Part shown: positions 27,901 through 39,663 of the stretch, piece by piece | How positions within the stretch are numbered: position 1 is the stretch's first letter | Layout of the letters: each line of letters starts with the position of its first letter | DNA from: Tubiluchus corallicola | Taxonomy: Eukaryota > Animalia > Priapulida | Direction of reading: 5' to 3' | Assembly (NCBI GenBank): GCA_030141605.1 | Contig: JAQGDQ010001071.1 | Location: 1,135-65,134 of the forward strand | DNA length: 64,000 nucleotides | The notes under the pieces: model-generated | Seen by the model: only the letters and a program-made list of their open reading frames with translations | Databases searched by the model: none | Told to the model about the DNA's origin: nothing | Position numbers and translations under genes: made by a program

Positions 27901-30900
27901 ATAATTCCATAATGTGTAGAAACCTGTAACATTAGGTCTTTAACTGTTATTCTGCGTGAGAGCCGTAAGGCATAAAATCTATAGCACGAGTATTGTTGAT
28001 TATTGAACAGTAGGTATTGTTTATTATTGAACGGTTGGTATTGTTCACTACTGAACAGTAGTATTGTTCTTTGTTGAACAGTAGGTATTGTTGATTATTG
28101 AACAGTAGGTATTGTTTATTATTGAATGGTTGGTATTGTTCACTACTGAACAGTAGTATTGTTCTTTGTTGAGTGGTAGGTATTGTTCATCACTGTACAG
28201 TTAGTATTGTTTATTATTGAACGTTTGGTATTGTTCACTACTGAACAGTAGCTATTGTTCTTTATAAAACAGTAGGTACTATTCTTTGTTGAATGGTTCG
28301 TATTGTTCACTACTGAACAGCAGGTGTCGTTCTTTATTGAATATTAGGCATTCGTTGTTGAACTATTGATGAAGTCCATTACCGAATGTTTGATATTGTA
28401 CGTTAATTGAACAGTTGGCATTATTCGTTATTGAACAGTAGGTATTGTTCATTAATAAAACGGTTAATAAAGTTTGTTATTGAACGGTTGGTATTGTTCG
28501 TTATTGAACAGCAGGTATTGTTTGTTATTGAACGGTTACTTAATGAAGTGCTTTTTTCATATTCAGGAAATGGTTTTGGTTGAGTTTTCTCTTATCCGTA
28601 TTGTGGATAGCTGTGCTGAGCTTCACCATGGTAACCGTGGTCGGAAGAGCCGGATGCTTGTTAAATGTTGACACCTACACCATGGGGCTAGTTATTATAG
28701 CTGTGGGCACCAGCGTGCCGGTGTGTATTCATTTTTCTACTATTTTATACCTAGTCCACATGGTGCTTCAAAAGAATGACATTCAAAACAGTGGACTTTG
28801 TCCAGATTTTCACTGATGGCTACTTAACTATTTCATAAAGGGGTGCTATTTAATCTCTCTTCATTTCTGAAATAGTGTAGAAATGGCATATATGAAAACA
28901 AGCTTTGTTTTAGCAAGTGTTGTGAAGGAAGGCAAAATCAACGGAAAAAGAAAGTTGGAAAAGAAATGAAACCAGAATTTGTTATCAAATGTTTCGGAGA
29001 TTAAAATCAGAAGGGCAGACTTTTAAATTATATTTGGATAACACCAAGTAGGTTTGCTTATTGGAGAAATGTTCACCTCTAAATGCAGAAAGAGGCGCCA
29101 TAGCTTGCATCTCTGCAGGTTAGTCGCCACAGCATGAGCACAAGTCTGTAAAACTTACAAAGTTACTCACGATACTTGCTATAAATTGGCTTTTCTAGCT
29201 GAGTCATCAGCAGCCACCATAATTGGCTGTTCATGGCTTACATGGTCCTTCAGCACTGACAAACACAAGAATGACAGTGTTTACAATGACAGTGTCTACA
29301 ATGACAGTGTGGATGACCTATTATGCTCTTTTTTATAATTAAAGTTATGTTATGGTTATTAAGTATATTTAGTGATTCCTGGTTTAACTCTTTCAGGACT
29401 GCACCATTCACAATTAGCTCTTATAAGACCCATGGTTTTCCTGTTATTGTTTGAGCACAGACATACCTAAATGATTACAAGTTAGGCACTGTTCTATTGA
29501 GGGGAATATTGGCTATACAGTCATGCTATTTGTTTAAACATTTATAAGTGATTTAATTCTATGAAATTAAGGAAAATACATCGTCTTCAGGCACTCCAGC
29601 TTGACCTATCTAGTAGCTTAGTCTGGTGTACACTTGCCTGATCGTACACACTAATTTATTGATCACCTGCTTGCTACAGTCCAAGCTGTGCATTGTTCTG
29701 CTGCTATTCCAGGGAAAACAATCGATCAGCCAAGGACAAATTAAGGTCATTTCATCTTTTAACAGGAATTTCTTCTTAAAAATAGAATAGACTTAAGGCC
29801 AAAGTTTATCAGAGTGTTTAGTTGAAATTTTCTGCCTTAGGTGATTTCACACAAGTGACACTGTACTGTACATTGTTACAGTGCAAACGCTGCAGTTGCT
29901 GCAAACCTTTTACAATTTATCTCTCAAAAATCGATTTTTAATTTGTCTAAGGTCAGCAAATGCATTGTATGTATAAGTTTGCATGAAAATTCATTGTAGG
30001 ATGAGTAGAAACCTACAACAATTGTCAAATATGATGCAATCGCTGCTTATTAAGAGCAGTTTTTCATGAACTTATTCAAGATGTAGCAAACGGTCGTGAA
30101 GGAGTCAATAATACTGTTTTTTTACTTATCCACCCTCGGTGTTTTTACAGAGTGATTAATTCAGCTGGTCCACTGAACCCAGTTCCCGAAAATATATGGA
30201 ATAATAGATTATCAGTCTTTCCAAGAAGACCAGCTTGCGGCAGAATGATCTGGCTAACTTCAGCAATGGAAATAATCTTGAACAACCTGTTTGTCTGCCA
30301 GAAGCAGTAAAAAAACGAGTTTTAAAGTAAATGCCCAGTTATTTTTATCATATGAAAACCAACTTCTTAAGGAGAAGAGGAATAATTTAATCTTATACGC
30401 CCGTTTTTTTGCGCACAACTTACGTGAATTAATTAATCAAACGCGTCAGATCTCATCAATTTGAACTGAGGTACTGAATCTGCATTCACCAAATTGACGT
30501 CTAACATAATGTCAATCATTTTCATTGACTGTCCAATCAGCGTGCAAGTTATTTCACACACCCCTGCAGCAGGTACGTTCGGGACATTTAGCTACAGCTC
30601 TGTCTAAACTGTTATGAAAAATACTCAACTTTTCATTAGTTAGTGGTAGAAATATAAGCCTGTTTCTGGATTTTAATATTGTCAATTGAAATTGTAGGTG
30701 AATTGGGTGGAAATATATAGTCACGTTTCGTTTGTAGGAAAAAATTCACAACGCTTGCGTTTATGAGTTGCTGATTAAACCATTTTGTAATCAAGAAAAT
30801 GTGCAGTTTAGTTTAGTTTATGGCTTTGCAAGTTAGATAAAACAACTATTTGATCAACTTTAAATAAGGACAAAACAAAATGTTTTCTTTTCTGGCCAGT

Positions 30901-33900
30901 TTTTATAAACCTCAATGAGATCTTCACAGTCAAAATTAATCCAAATGTGGTCAAAACTCATATATCATACATCAATGTAATATTAGCTAATTTTACGCTA
31001 TTTTTCTGTTTGTAATCAAGGTTAAATGATTACCATTGGGACTTATGTGACTCGGGAATTCAATATAAGGGTCGTCTATGGAATGGAACAGTCAAATCTA
31101 TTCCATTTCCATAGCCTGACAAACGTAAAAATATAAAAACTTGATAAATCTTGCAGACGAGCACATTATCAATTCATAAAGAAAAATACATCGCAGGTTT
31201 GATGTTTATTTGCTTAAAAGCAAGAAAGACTTTGTTGCTCATTTATTGTAAAGCAAGGCTAACTGGCTTAGTTTCTTTATTATACTTATGTCTCTGTATT
31301 TTGCAGTGTTTGAAACTTCGTCTCTACATTCTGTTTAAATTGAAAAGTCATTTTTTTAGCTAATTGAAGTGTTAATTTTGTGTTAAAGTCGGTGCTGCTC
31401 TGCAAATTTATGTTTAAGAAAAACGGTAACCAGTTTATCTGCTGATTAGACATTGGTTGTGACTGTCATGTTGTTTAGTTTAGCTTAGACAGTTGTTGTC
31501 CTGCCTGCGCTGTTGTCCCGAATGCTGCTGAGCTTGCTTACGTCACAGCGGAGGCGGAGCGATAGACAAATATGTTTGACGTCAATTTCGGCTGCGAATT
31601 GTGAATGACGTCACAGCAGAATTTTCCGAAAAGCATTATGGGATGCCTGTGCCCGTATTTACGTAGTAAATGATACAGTTGATACTGTACTGACTTGAGC
31701 TGTCACAGGTTGAACTGTTAGTAATACAGAAGTTTGTTTTTGTGTTATGCTACTTTTTGTACGTTACACATGTGCAAAATACCCCGAATTCCCGACCCGG
31801 AACCGGACAGTAAGCGGCTAGGAATGCTTCCTTGCATGTAAAACAAGGCATTATAATTTCCCGCCTCGACGTCATTGGTGACTGGCCGCTTGACCAGTGA
31901 ATTGCAATGCTTCCTTGCGTGTAAGACGAGGTATTATAATTTCCTGCCTTGACGTCATAAGTGAATGGTCGCTTGACCACTGAATAGCAATGCTCTCTTG
32001 CATGTAAAACGAGGTATTATAGTTTCCTGCGTTGACGTCATAAGTGAATGGTCGCTTGACCACTGAATAGCAATGCTCTCTTGCATGTAAAACGAGGTTT
32101 TATATTTTCCCGCCTTGATGTCATAAGTGAATGGTCGCTTGACCACTGAATAGCAATGCTCTCTTGCATGTAAAACGAGGTATTATATTTTCCCGCCTTG
32201 ACGTCATAAGTGAATGGCCGCTTGAACACTGAATTGCAGAGAAATCCCGAAATTATTTTTATAATTACTTAATTATTTTACAAAAGCAAAAGGAATATCA
32301 TTTCAACACGTGTTCCTTAAACTTTTGCTAAAAATTGTTGCTGAGGCTGGGCTTTTACTTTAAATGATGTGAACGGATGAGTTAAACAAACCTGCAATCC
32401 TGATATATAGCAGTGTGCGCGATGTATTTGATTTTCAATTTGCTCGAACATGAGGCAGTATCGTAATTCACTTTCCCGTAAACATTACTACATGTGTTCT
32501 CTTTGTGACTAGTTCATGGCCTTCTTTTTGCTTTCCTGTTTTATTGAACCAGACGTTGTCGGTGCACTGTTTAACATTTTTCAGTAGCCCATATGCACAT
32601 GCATATCACCTTCTGTAATACACGTTCACGAATGAAACAAATCCTCTAAGCTGATTCATATTCAGGAAGGAGATTACAATTCCCAACAAAATTTAAATAC
32701 CCTAACAAAACCCTAGTACTAATTAGGATTGCTGGATTAGAAAATTAGAAATACGGGACTCTCTATTACTGCATATAAAATTTATACATGCCTACACACC
32801 CAGATCAATATATCATAAAAGTAGAGTTATAATTTATAAGCCAAAAACATAAGGATTTTAATGGGTTATGAGAAAAACAAATGTGCAATCACTTGAAATA
32901 TTTAATACAGACAACAGTGAAATATTAATACAGACAACATTTGAAACTACTACATATAATAATCCTAATTACTGAATAATTGTATTGTTTTGTTTAGATT
33001 TAGGTATCTAACTTGTATCATTTTTACTGTTTTTATTATTATTTTTTCTTATTTGTTTTTGTTTTTGTTATCTGCAGCATCACCGTTAATTTTTAATATA
33101 CTAATATATTTATAAGAAAGGGCAGGAGACTAGATGACGCTATGGTCCTTCCCTGCCCTGCTCCATGATTATAATTACTTAATATTTAAAAAAAACTTTT
33201 GATGTTAAACTAATTGGAGAAAATAAATGTTCTATGTCTATGTCTATGTCTACTCAATATAGATAACTGAAACAAATTCTCAGAGAGTGAAATCATTACA
33301 AAATTCTTATTCAAAATGTAAAGGAAAAGAATTTGGAAGAATATTATAATTTTAACACAAACAATAGAGAAAATAAACTAAAAATTTATTTAGGCCGGAG
33401 AGCAAAACGGTAACCATAGCAACTGAACAAGTTGCAAACAGGCAGCAGACACATCAGTTTTGTATAAACTTTTAGCAATACTAGTCACTGAAAGCTGAGT
33501 ACAGGACAGGGGACAAAACTATCAAATATGGTACGGGTCCCATATTTCAGGGATGTCTGCAACGTTAGTCCTAATCCGCTTCACAAACTAATTTCTTGTG
33601 TGCGGGAAATTGTAAACTTTAGCCCCTTTTCACTTACATAGAAACTATTACCTCATTGAAGTTTTCAAGTAACGCATCTGAATTGAAAAGAAACTATTCA
33701 ATCAAAGTTTCTAAATGCCACTTAACGTGATTGTAAATTTGTCTTTCTTCCCGTTTACACAGTTTCTGGATATTTCAGTCCTCTAAACATCGACTTTCTC
33801 AGAAAGCCAATTCAGATGGTGACATCTTTTTATTAAGCAATAATATAATGCGATTGTATTGATTTCAGGACTGCCTCAGCTCTATTCTGGTAGCCAGAGA

Positions 33901-36900
33901 TGGTTATGGAGATATGGCTGTCTCCAACGCTATCGGCTCAAACGTTTTCGACATTAATCTCGGTCTGGGCCTGCCATTCATCATTCGCATGGCCATCGAT
34001 AAAGGAAAACCCATCTCTTTATTATCCGACGAGGAAAAGGTAAGCGTGCCTGGGTTCGTTTAGGATAGTTGGAATGAGTCCTTTGAGTTATGCAGCAAAT
34101 TTTGTGCGAATACTTAAGCTGAATGTATTCCTTGATTAGCTCATTCATTTTCTTCCATATTTTCCTTCAGGCTGACAAGGAAAATACTTCTCTTTCCGTC
34201 TAATTTTCCCAGAAATATTTTTTATCGCGCATCCAGTCGAGAATTTTATAATTTTTTTGCTCATACTTACTTGATGCGGTCATATGAAAGCCTGTATTTT
34301 CTTAATTCAAAATGCTTAATGCAATAATTATTATAACATTGGGAATGCAGGACGCAACCATGTTGTTCTATGGCTAACTCATGGCCGGGGTTGCCGTTTT
34401 GTATGATGCTCTTTGCATTGGAGGCTAAAAAGTACGGAATTTTCCTTGAAATTGGTGTATTAACGGTCATGTTGCCGCCTATACCATAATTATCAGAACA
34501 TACATGAGTTCATGATACAAAAAAGAGACTATGCACTAATTAATAATTATACGATAATTTAGTAATCTGAAGCCAAAAAACAAAGCGTGAAAAAATGCGC
34601 GTTGAAAAAATTTAAAACATTACTGCTAACCAGTGAGAAATAAACAAACTTTGATTTCAACTGATTTTAAATGTTCAACGATTCAGCTTTAAACATTCAC
34701 AAAGTTTTAAAAAAATTATCTTCCCTCCCTACTGACATCTTTGATGAGCTCATGGCCTGGCCTCACCATCAGCCACAGTGCATCAGTCCTGTGGGAATAA
34801 AAACTGTGAGCGTCTTTTTATGCGATCATAAAATTTATCTCAGAACTCGTAATTAACCAAACGCGTGATTAAACACTTTCGATTAATTATTTCCGAGTTA
34901 GTTCAAAAATTTCTACTAAAATTGATGAAGCGAGAATCCGTTCCGTTTACATTAGTGGGCGTAATTATGACTCCGCAGTAAGGCAAACAGAGATGGCATT
35001 TTCATTAACTGTCATAATATCGTTAACCAAAAGTTTATCAAAATTTGTCCTATAAACAAATGGTGTGATGAAAAATCGATAGATAATTTAATTTAAGTGG
35101 GTTTAACTTACAGCACTTTATAACCCTGGATTATTTGTGGGAAATTCACCATAAATTTTTGCAAGTTCCTTAAAGCACAAGAAAACCCTCCACTTACATA
35201 AAGATTAAAAAATTCGTCTTGAAATTTTATACCACTTACTACATTTTCGTATGCATGGCTTGCATCGGCAGTAACTGTTTATAAAATGTGTAAATTTAAA
35301 CTCCCGCAATGATCGTTAGGCACAGCCATTTTAATGGTAGGTCATTTGAAACAAGTTTTGTTAACATTGAATAAAGTTTGAAAAAATAATCAGAGCATTC
35401 GTAGCACACATGTTGCTAATTAAGTAAAATTTTAAATTACTGTATCTTGTCAATAAGATTAAAAATATGTATTTGGTTATTGAGTGGCGCACCCTGGAGG
35501 GTGACTCAGCAACATTTTACCAATTGGCACAAACATTTTAAACTATTAATCTAGTTTCATAAGTCTTTCCAGTAGGTACGCGATAAACCAAGTAATATAG
35601 ATTTGCACGGAAAGTCTTTTGGGTCATAATTTAACATTTCCTTTTTTCCCCTGATTTAGTGGCATAGCGACATCGTGTAGTGACGTCATGTAATGGCGCC
35701 GTCGGAACAGGATTGCGGGAGATTTAAAATGAAAACAAACAAAAATTCCTTTCAACGCGAATACGATATACGCATAAAAGTGCTGTAAAGTAATATAATC
35801 TTTTAAGGCGATTTTTCTGAAACTGACTTCAGGTTTCTCTTTTCTTGTCCCTTAAAGGTCTGTCCCTAGTCTGAATCAAATTATGTCCCTGAATTTTTGG
35901 TTTTTCTGGGTACCAAAATGAAATCATCGAAAAATTAAGGCAAAAAAATAAAAGAAATTAGGATCATTTTTGGGTACTACTCGGCTTTCTTGCTATTTTT
36001 GCAGTTTACTATTCTTTATAAATATTGTGTTCTTTTGTACACATGAAAAAACATTGTGTTCTTTTGTACACATGTACACATAAAAAAACATTGTGTTCTT
36101 TTGTACACATAAAAACATTGTGTTCTTTTGTACACATAAAAAACGTGTTCTTTTATACACATGAAAAACACATTGTGTTCTTTTGTACACATAAAAAACA
36201 TTGTGTTCTTTTATACACATGAAAAACACATTGTGTTCTTTTGTACACATAAAAAACATTGTGTTCTTTTGTACACATGAAAAACACATTGTGTTCTTTT
36301 GTACACATGAAAAACACATTGTGTTCTTTTGTACACATAAAAAACATTGTGTTCTTTTGTACACATGAAAAACACATTGTGTTCTTTTGTACACATAAAA
36401 AACATTGTGTTCTTTTGTACACATGAAAAACACATTGTGTTCTTTTGTACACATGAAAAAACCTCAACAGGGCACAAAATTGCTAGTTTTCAATAATTGC
36501 AATACTCTAGTAGAATATTATTGTGTGACCCATGAATATTACTGTGTTGAGAGTAGTACTTGTTTTGTTGTTGGTGCTGTTTGCAAAGGAAGACAGGTGA
36601 TTTGCAAAGTTGCGGAATGCATGAAAACTGAAGTTTGTTACCCGTGGCATGAGCGAAAGATATAATATTTGTGACACACGCCTAATAGGGGCGAACATCG
36701 AACGTTCGAATTTGATTCGAACGAGTTTTTTTTAGTTCGAATTCAATTCGAATCTAAAATTTTTGTAGATTCGAATCATTCAGCACTTCAGCCAGATACG
36801 TTCTTTATCATTAAAATGTTTGAAACATCGTGCAATGTGCACAATTTAGCTGCAGTTTCTGTGCAAAATTTTTCATAAACTTTTACTGCAGAACAGAATC

Positions 36901-37353
36901 AAGTAATATGCTTGATCTTTGTAAGACCAGTTTTTACCAGTGACTCAAAAACTTGTTCGAAATTCTTTCAAACGCAATTCGAATCCCATTCGGAAGCTTG
37001 AAATGCTGAAATTCTGTTTGATTTGAAAGTCACAAATTTGATTCGATTCGAATTCGTTTTCAGGTAGAGAATGCTTTACCTCTAACAACGAATGCTTGAA
37101 AATTGGCTGGTTTGCATCGTTAAATTTGACAATTTTCTTTTTGCAGAATCTCTGGGAGTCTGGAGAGATGATAATGCCGCCTCACGTCAAGTTCGGATTC
37201 ATCCTGCTTCTCATCCTCGTGCTCTGCCAAGTCGTCTTCTTCGTCACCAGCTTCAAGCTCACTAAAGTTATCGGACTTAGTTTCGTGGCCATGTACGTGA
37301 TGTTTCTCACGTACGCGTTTATACAGGAACTGCACTGCCACCAGTCATGCTAG
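8567..37353 (+). CDS. K+-dependent Na+/Ca2+ exchanger (SLC24/NCKX family), 3' part; join(8567..8728,19586..19876,26030..26241,28567..28720,33869..34039,37147..37353)
   Basis: Six exons have canonical AG/GT ends and consistent phases (0,0,2,0,0). The spliced translation gives a Ser-rich and acidic cytoplasmic loop, then [16 protein letters not shown], the alpha-2 motif [50 protein letters not shown], two terminal TM helices and TAG. The paralog cannot be assigned. Confidence 0.93.
8790..10021 (-). mobile_element. LINE 3' UTR copy with (TTGAA)n tail containing an expanded 19-bp minisatellite
   Basis: Inverted high-identity match to 12637-13423. Confidence 0.75.
9135..9898. repeat. 19-bp minisatellite, ~40 copies
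   Basis: Unit tgtgaatgcgaggttacat. Confidence 0.97.
10409..10760. mobile_element. Tc1/mariner (pogo-like) MITE
   Basis: TA TSD; 26-bp TIRs ccgtatttattcgagtataacgcgca. Confidence 0.85.
10795..10870 (+). pseudogene. Highly degenerate 5S-derived sequence (SINE3-like)
   Basis: atctgaagttaagcatcg...gttagtgaatgagcgggtga resembles the 5S internal control region. Confidence 0.45.
11900..12247 (+). mobile_element. hAT-like MITE family B (rich in ttcgaa/gaatcga), copy 1
   Basis: TIRs taggggtgagtat / atgctcgccccta; 8-bp TSD ctttttag / ctttttat. Confidence 0.8.
12637..13423 (+). mobile_element. Sister LINE 3' UTR copy containing an expanded (TAT)n
   Basis: Inverted match to 8790-10021; AATAAA plus gttgaattgaactgaattga tail. 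Confidence 0.75.
12747..13027. repeat. (TAT)n microsatellite, ~93 units
   Basis: Read directly. Confidence 0.97.
13899..14511 (+). mobile_element. Family A, copy 3 (near full length; TTAA-AG termini, Kolobok/T2-MITE-like)
   Basis: Begins taaaggaagacagg and ends ctgctttaa. Superfamily inferred from the termini only. Confidence 0.8.
14900..15197. repeat. ~55-bp degenerate tandem repeat, ~5 copies
   Basis: cactgaccctgacccttgtgacc..agaattaa.gaaaat core. Confidence 0.85.
15862..16150. repeat. 57-bp minisatellite, ~5 copies
   Basis: gacgttctattagtcttttcatttttctcttgta.ggactagtaaacgg. Confidence 0.92.
16345..17045. repeat. 72-bp minisatellite, ~10 copies
   Basis: aggaaagaacgagtcactcagtatgttgggtttattttactgttatcacttaaactgtttgtggtgtgctag. 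Confidence 0.95.
19586..19876 (+). CDS. NCKX cytoplasmic-loop exon (RTKSIDCGH...EEGSDDVNQ)
   Basis: tgcag acceptor and CAG/gtaaca donor; 291 nt, phase 0-0, Ser/Pro-rich disordered sequence. Confidence 0.82.
22070..23243. repeat. 90-bp satellite, ~13 copies, with a 360-bp higher-order period
   Basis: Unit acatggcagcattatgctgggccttgttgatgaatc...ttcatgtttcaagg.gtag. Confidence 0.97.
23355..23900 (+). mobile_element. RTE-clade LINE 3' fragment with an internal 93-bp tandem expansion
   Basis: [29 protein letters not shown] is the typical RTE C-terminal motif; ~3.6 copies of a 93-mer at ~23545-23878. Confidence 0.75.
23990..24981. repeat. ~58-bp minisatellite, ~17 copies
   Basis: cattgttttttcggaagcaaacaatgcattcagctcaacacacattctctata; followed by an 89-bp tandem duplication at 24981-25159. 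Confidence 0.95.
26030..26241 (+). CDS. NCKX exon: acidic tract to TIPDC motif
   Basis: actttgcag acceptor and AG/gtaatt donor; [11 protein letters not shown]...[21 protein letters not shown] matches the NCKX segment preceding the second TM cluster. Confidence 0.92.
26350..26430 (+). pseudogene. Highly degenerate 5S-derived sequence (SINE3-like)
   Basis: tagtcagtatatggatgggtgaccatctg resembles the 5S box C region. Confidence 0.45.
26568..26930 (+). repeat. Local duplicate of 28681-29041 (3' end of an NCKX exon plus downstream intron)
   Basis: About 360 bp of near-identical sequence from catggggctagttattatagctgtgggcaccagcgtgcc to atatttggataa. Confidence 0.92.
27990..28538. repeat. ~24-bp degenerate minisatellite abutting the NCKX exon at 28567
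   Basis: ggtattgtt.attattgaac.gt repeats. Confidence 0.85.
28567..28720 (+). CDS. NCKX exon: TM helices and first half of alpha-2 repeat
   Basis: attcag acceptor, phase-2 start; [22 protein letters not shown]...[13 protein letters not shown]; donor gtgtgt. Confidence 0.95.
29388..30104 (+). mobile_element. piggyBac-like MITE family E, copy 1
   Basis: ttaa-ctctttcaggac ... gtcgtgaaggag-tcaa; collinear with 45534-46208. Confidence 0.75.
31825..32236. repeat. 83-bp minisatellite, ~5 copies
   Basis: ttgcatgtaaaacgaggtattata.tttcc.gc.ttgacgtcataagtgaatggtcgcttgaccactgaat. Confidence 0.92.
33869..34039 (+). CDS. NCKX exon: second half of alpha-2 repeat
   Basis: gatttcag acceptor and AAG/gtaagc donor; [57 protein letters not shown]. 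Absent from the ORF track. Confidence 0.95.
35370..35856 (+). mobile_element. Dispersed family G; inverted copy at ~25375-25845, fragments at 1-60 and ~21050-21180
   Basis: Shared blocks taaggcgatttttctgaaac..cttcaggt, gtagtgacgtcatgtaatgg and aataatcagagcattcgtagcac. Confidence 0.65.
36023..36461. repeat. 28-31-bp minisatellite
   Basis: cattgtgttcttttgtacacat(g)aaaaa(ca). Confidence 0.93.
36686..37084 (-). mobile_element. MITE family B, copy 2
   Basis: taggggcgaacat ... atgctttacctcta; inverted match to copy 1. Confidence 0.75.
37147..37353 (+). CDS. NCKX terminal coding exon (last two TM helices)
   Basis: Strong polypyrimidine tract plus cag; [26 protein letters not shown] resembles the SLC24 C-terminus; TAG stop. 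Confidence 0.92.
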   Translation, partial: NLWESGEMIMPPHVKFGFILLLILVLCQVVFFVTSFKLTKVIGLSFVAMYVMFLTYAFIQELHCHQSC

Positions 37354-37645
37354 CGGGCGGTACTATAGGAAGGCAAATTCAATACAACTTAGTTTATTGC
37401 AGCATCTATTTTAGAGGATTCAGAATTTGAATTTGTGCAGCACCAGGAGGACACGAAACAGATCTGGTTTGTCTGATTTGAATGCCTTAACCATGGAACT
37501 GCAGATTGAAACTGAAAATGGGCAGTTTTGGGCACGACCTTGAATAGTAATTCTTTTAAAATTCTACACTCACATCTCGGTTTACCGGACAAAAGTGGTG
37601 AGACGTCGGTTCGGATTTGTCGATTGTCCGTTTCTCCGATACTAA

Positions 37646-38010
37646 GCTAATACAGTAGGTGCCGTGTATTAGACTCACGGTAATGTAGAGTCAGTTGCCT
37701 AATTGTGTCAAAAATGACTAGTAAGGGCCACTCCTATGCAAAAGTATATAAAAACTGTCGGCAATTGACTCAAATAACTCCGGCATAATTGACTCCACAG
37801 ACGACGTACCACTTTCTAATTTTTTGATCAACTTGAGCTTTTGTGTCACTGCTACATGCACGTTTGTGTAGTTCTTTCAGACGACATGGTTAAATTATGA
37901 CTACTAAACCACTTAACACGCTTGCATACAAGTTGCACACGTGTCGTCACACGCTGCTTGGTTACACTGATGTAATGGTGTAAACAAAGTGACGGCCGGC
38001 CAACAGAAAC
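37646..38010 (+). mobile_element. Dispersed family D (terminal hairpin ctaatac...gtattag); other copies at ~59368-59950 (+) and ~54218-54829 (-)
   Basis: Shared blocks gtattagactcacggtaatgtaga, tatgcaaaagtatataaaaactgtc and aattgactcaaataactccg. Class unknown. Confidence 0.7.
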
Positions 38011-38278
38011 GACGTACTGTGTCGGTAGTATGCGAGACTTTTTGATTTTGTCCGATTCCGTAAAAGCGAGGTACGGCAAACCGAGATACGTGCGTGTTTG
38101 GCAAATGTATAAAAATCTTGTAACCAGAAATACGGAATTTCAAATTGTTTTTCAAGGCATATAATCAAACAACAGCTGATGAAAGTTAAGTTAATAAGAA
38201 GACCGTACAGTAGAAGAAATAGTCGTGCAGATGTCAGTAAGAGGTTCTCAGAAAATGAATTGTGGAGATAGGCACCTC

Positions 38279-38719
38279 CAGTGGCGGCTCGTAGCTAAAA
38301 TTACTGTTGGTGCTGCTTCAGAAAATTTTAATACTGTGTAAAATTCATCAAGTTTATGTATAAACTTTTGTATGTTTGCTTGTTTAAAATTGCAATTACA
38401 AATTACAACATTAAAATTACATGTTTGTTACGTTTTAATTGCAATTTTAAACAAGCAAACATACAAAAGTTTTTACATAAACTTGATGAATTTTGCTCCT
38501 AATTTGTCACAGTTCATGCTTGATCCATTCACGGTTACCACGTGGCAACTGACAGCAAACTGTGTGAGCGACAGTACTTTCTCTACCTGGGTTCTTTCAC
38601 GTGCTCTGGCACCGTACAAGTATAAATAAATAAAGAAATAAAAAAACTTATTATCGATATTGTTGTGTGATAATAGGGGGTGCTGTAGTTCCGCAGTAAC
38701 TGTATGCGAGCCGCCACTG
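38279..38719. mobile_element. hAT-like MITE containing a long internal hairpin
   Basis: TIRs cagtggcggctcg; 8-bp TSD ggcacctc / ggcacttc. Related ends at ~20129-20322, ~17290-17365 and ~23314. Confidence 0.82.
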
Positions 38720-39356
38720 GGCACTTCTCTATTGCTACCACCTGGCTGTCATCTTCACATGCAATAATCAAGGATGCTGCTGCTTAAAATCACTTATCAA
38801 TCACACGACTGCATCTAGTGACACCTATTGTTGACTTTAATACATAATCCATGAGATAATAATGTATTTTAACATGTAACCATCATAGGGGCACTGGATT
38901 CTTCTGGTCGTTGAGTTGTAAAGGTTTGCAAGGTCAGTACAAGGTGCCAGCTTTAAACTTTTGCTTCGCTTATAGGGGCCAAATAGTTACGGAACTTCTA
39001 GCAGCAGTTATGTAAAAATACTCGTTTTACAATTGCAAATGTCACGCGTGTTTAATTTAGCCAGTTAAAAAATCAAGCTGTAAATTTTTACAAACATTTG
39101 TTGTTGTGGGCGTCCTTCTGTCTTAAGCAAACGACCAAAGCCGAGAAGCAGATCCCATCAACGTTTTTCGATCCTTGAACCACTTTAGTGGCCTCCAGGG
39201 CGCACGCCTGGGCAAGGTGTATGGAGATCCTGAGTTGCCGAGACAACAGGAACTCCCTCTCTTCCTCCATGCTGCAGGAGATGCCGGACTGGTCCTCCTG
39301 ATTTGGAAGGTTTACTATATAGGTTTGCCTATATAAACTGGTCGTATGTTTGTAAA

Positions 39357-39663
39357 GTCTACGGCCATATCACGCAGAAAACACCGGTTCTCGTCTAATC
39401 ACCGAAGTTAAGCGACGTAGAACCTGGTTAGTACGTGTTTGTGTTGGTTGTGTTGTGTGGGTTTTGGGTTTTGTTTTTTTTTTGTTTTTTGTGTTGGTGT
39501 GTGTTTTTGTTTTGTGGGGTTGGTTTTGTGGTTGTTTTTGTTGTTTTTTTTTGGTTGTTTTTTTGTTTGGTTGTTGTTTTGTGCATGATGTTCTATACTG
39601 TAGGCTCTTTGGAAGGGTGACTGCCTAGAAATACCAGGCATGATGTTCTATACTGTAGGCTCT
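39357..39663 (+). pseudogene. Retroposed 5S rRNA pseudogene, interrupted
   Basis: gtctacggccatatcacgcagaaaacaccggttctcgtc..atcaccgaagttaagc..cctggttagtac corresponds to 5S nt 1-78; the remainder ttggaagggtgactgcctagaaataccagg resumes at ~39609; flanked by a 28-bp direct repeat. Confidence 0.88.
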
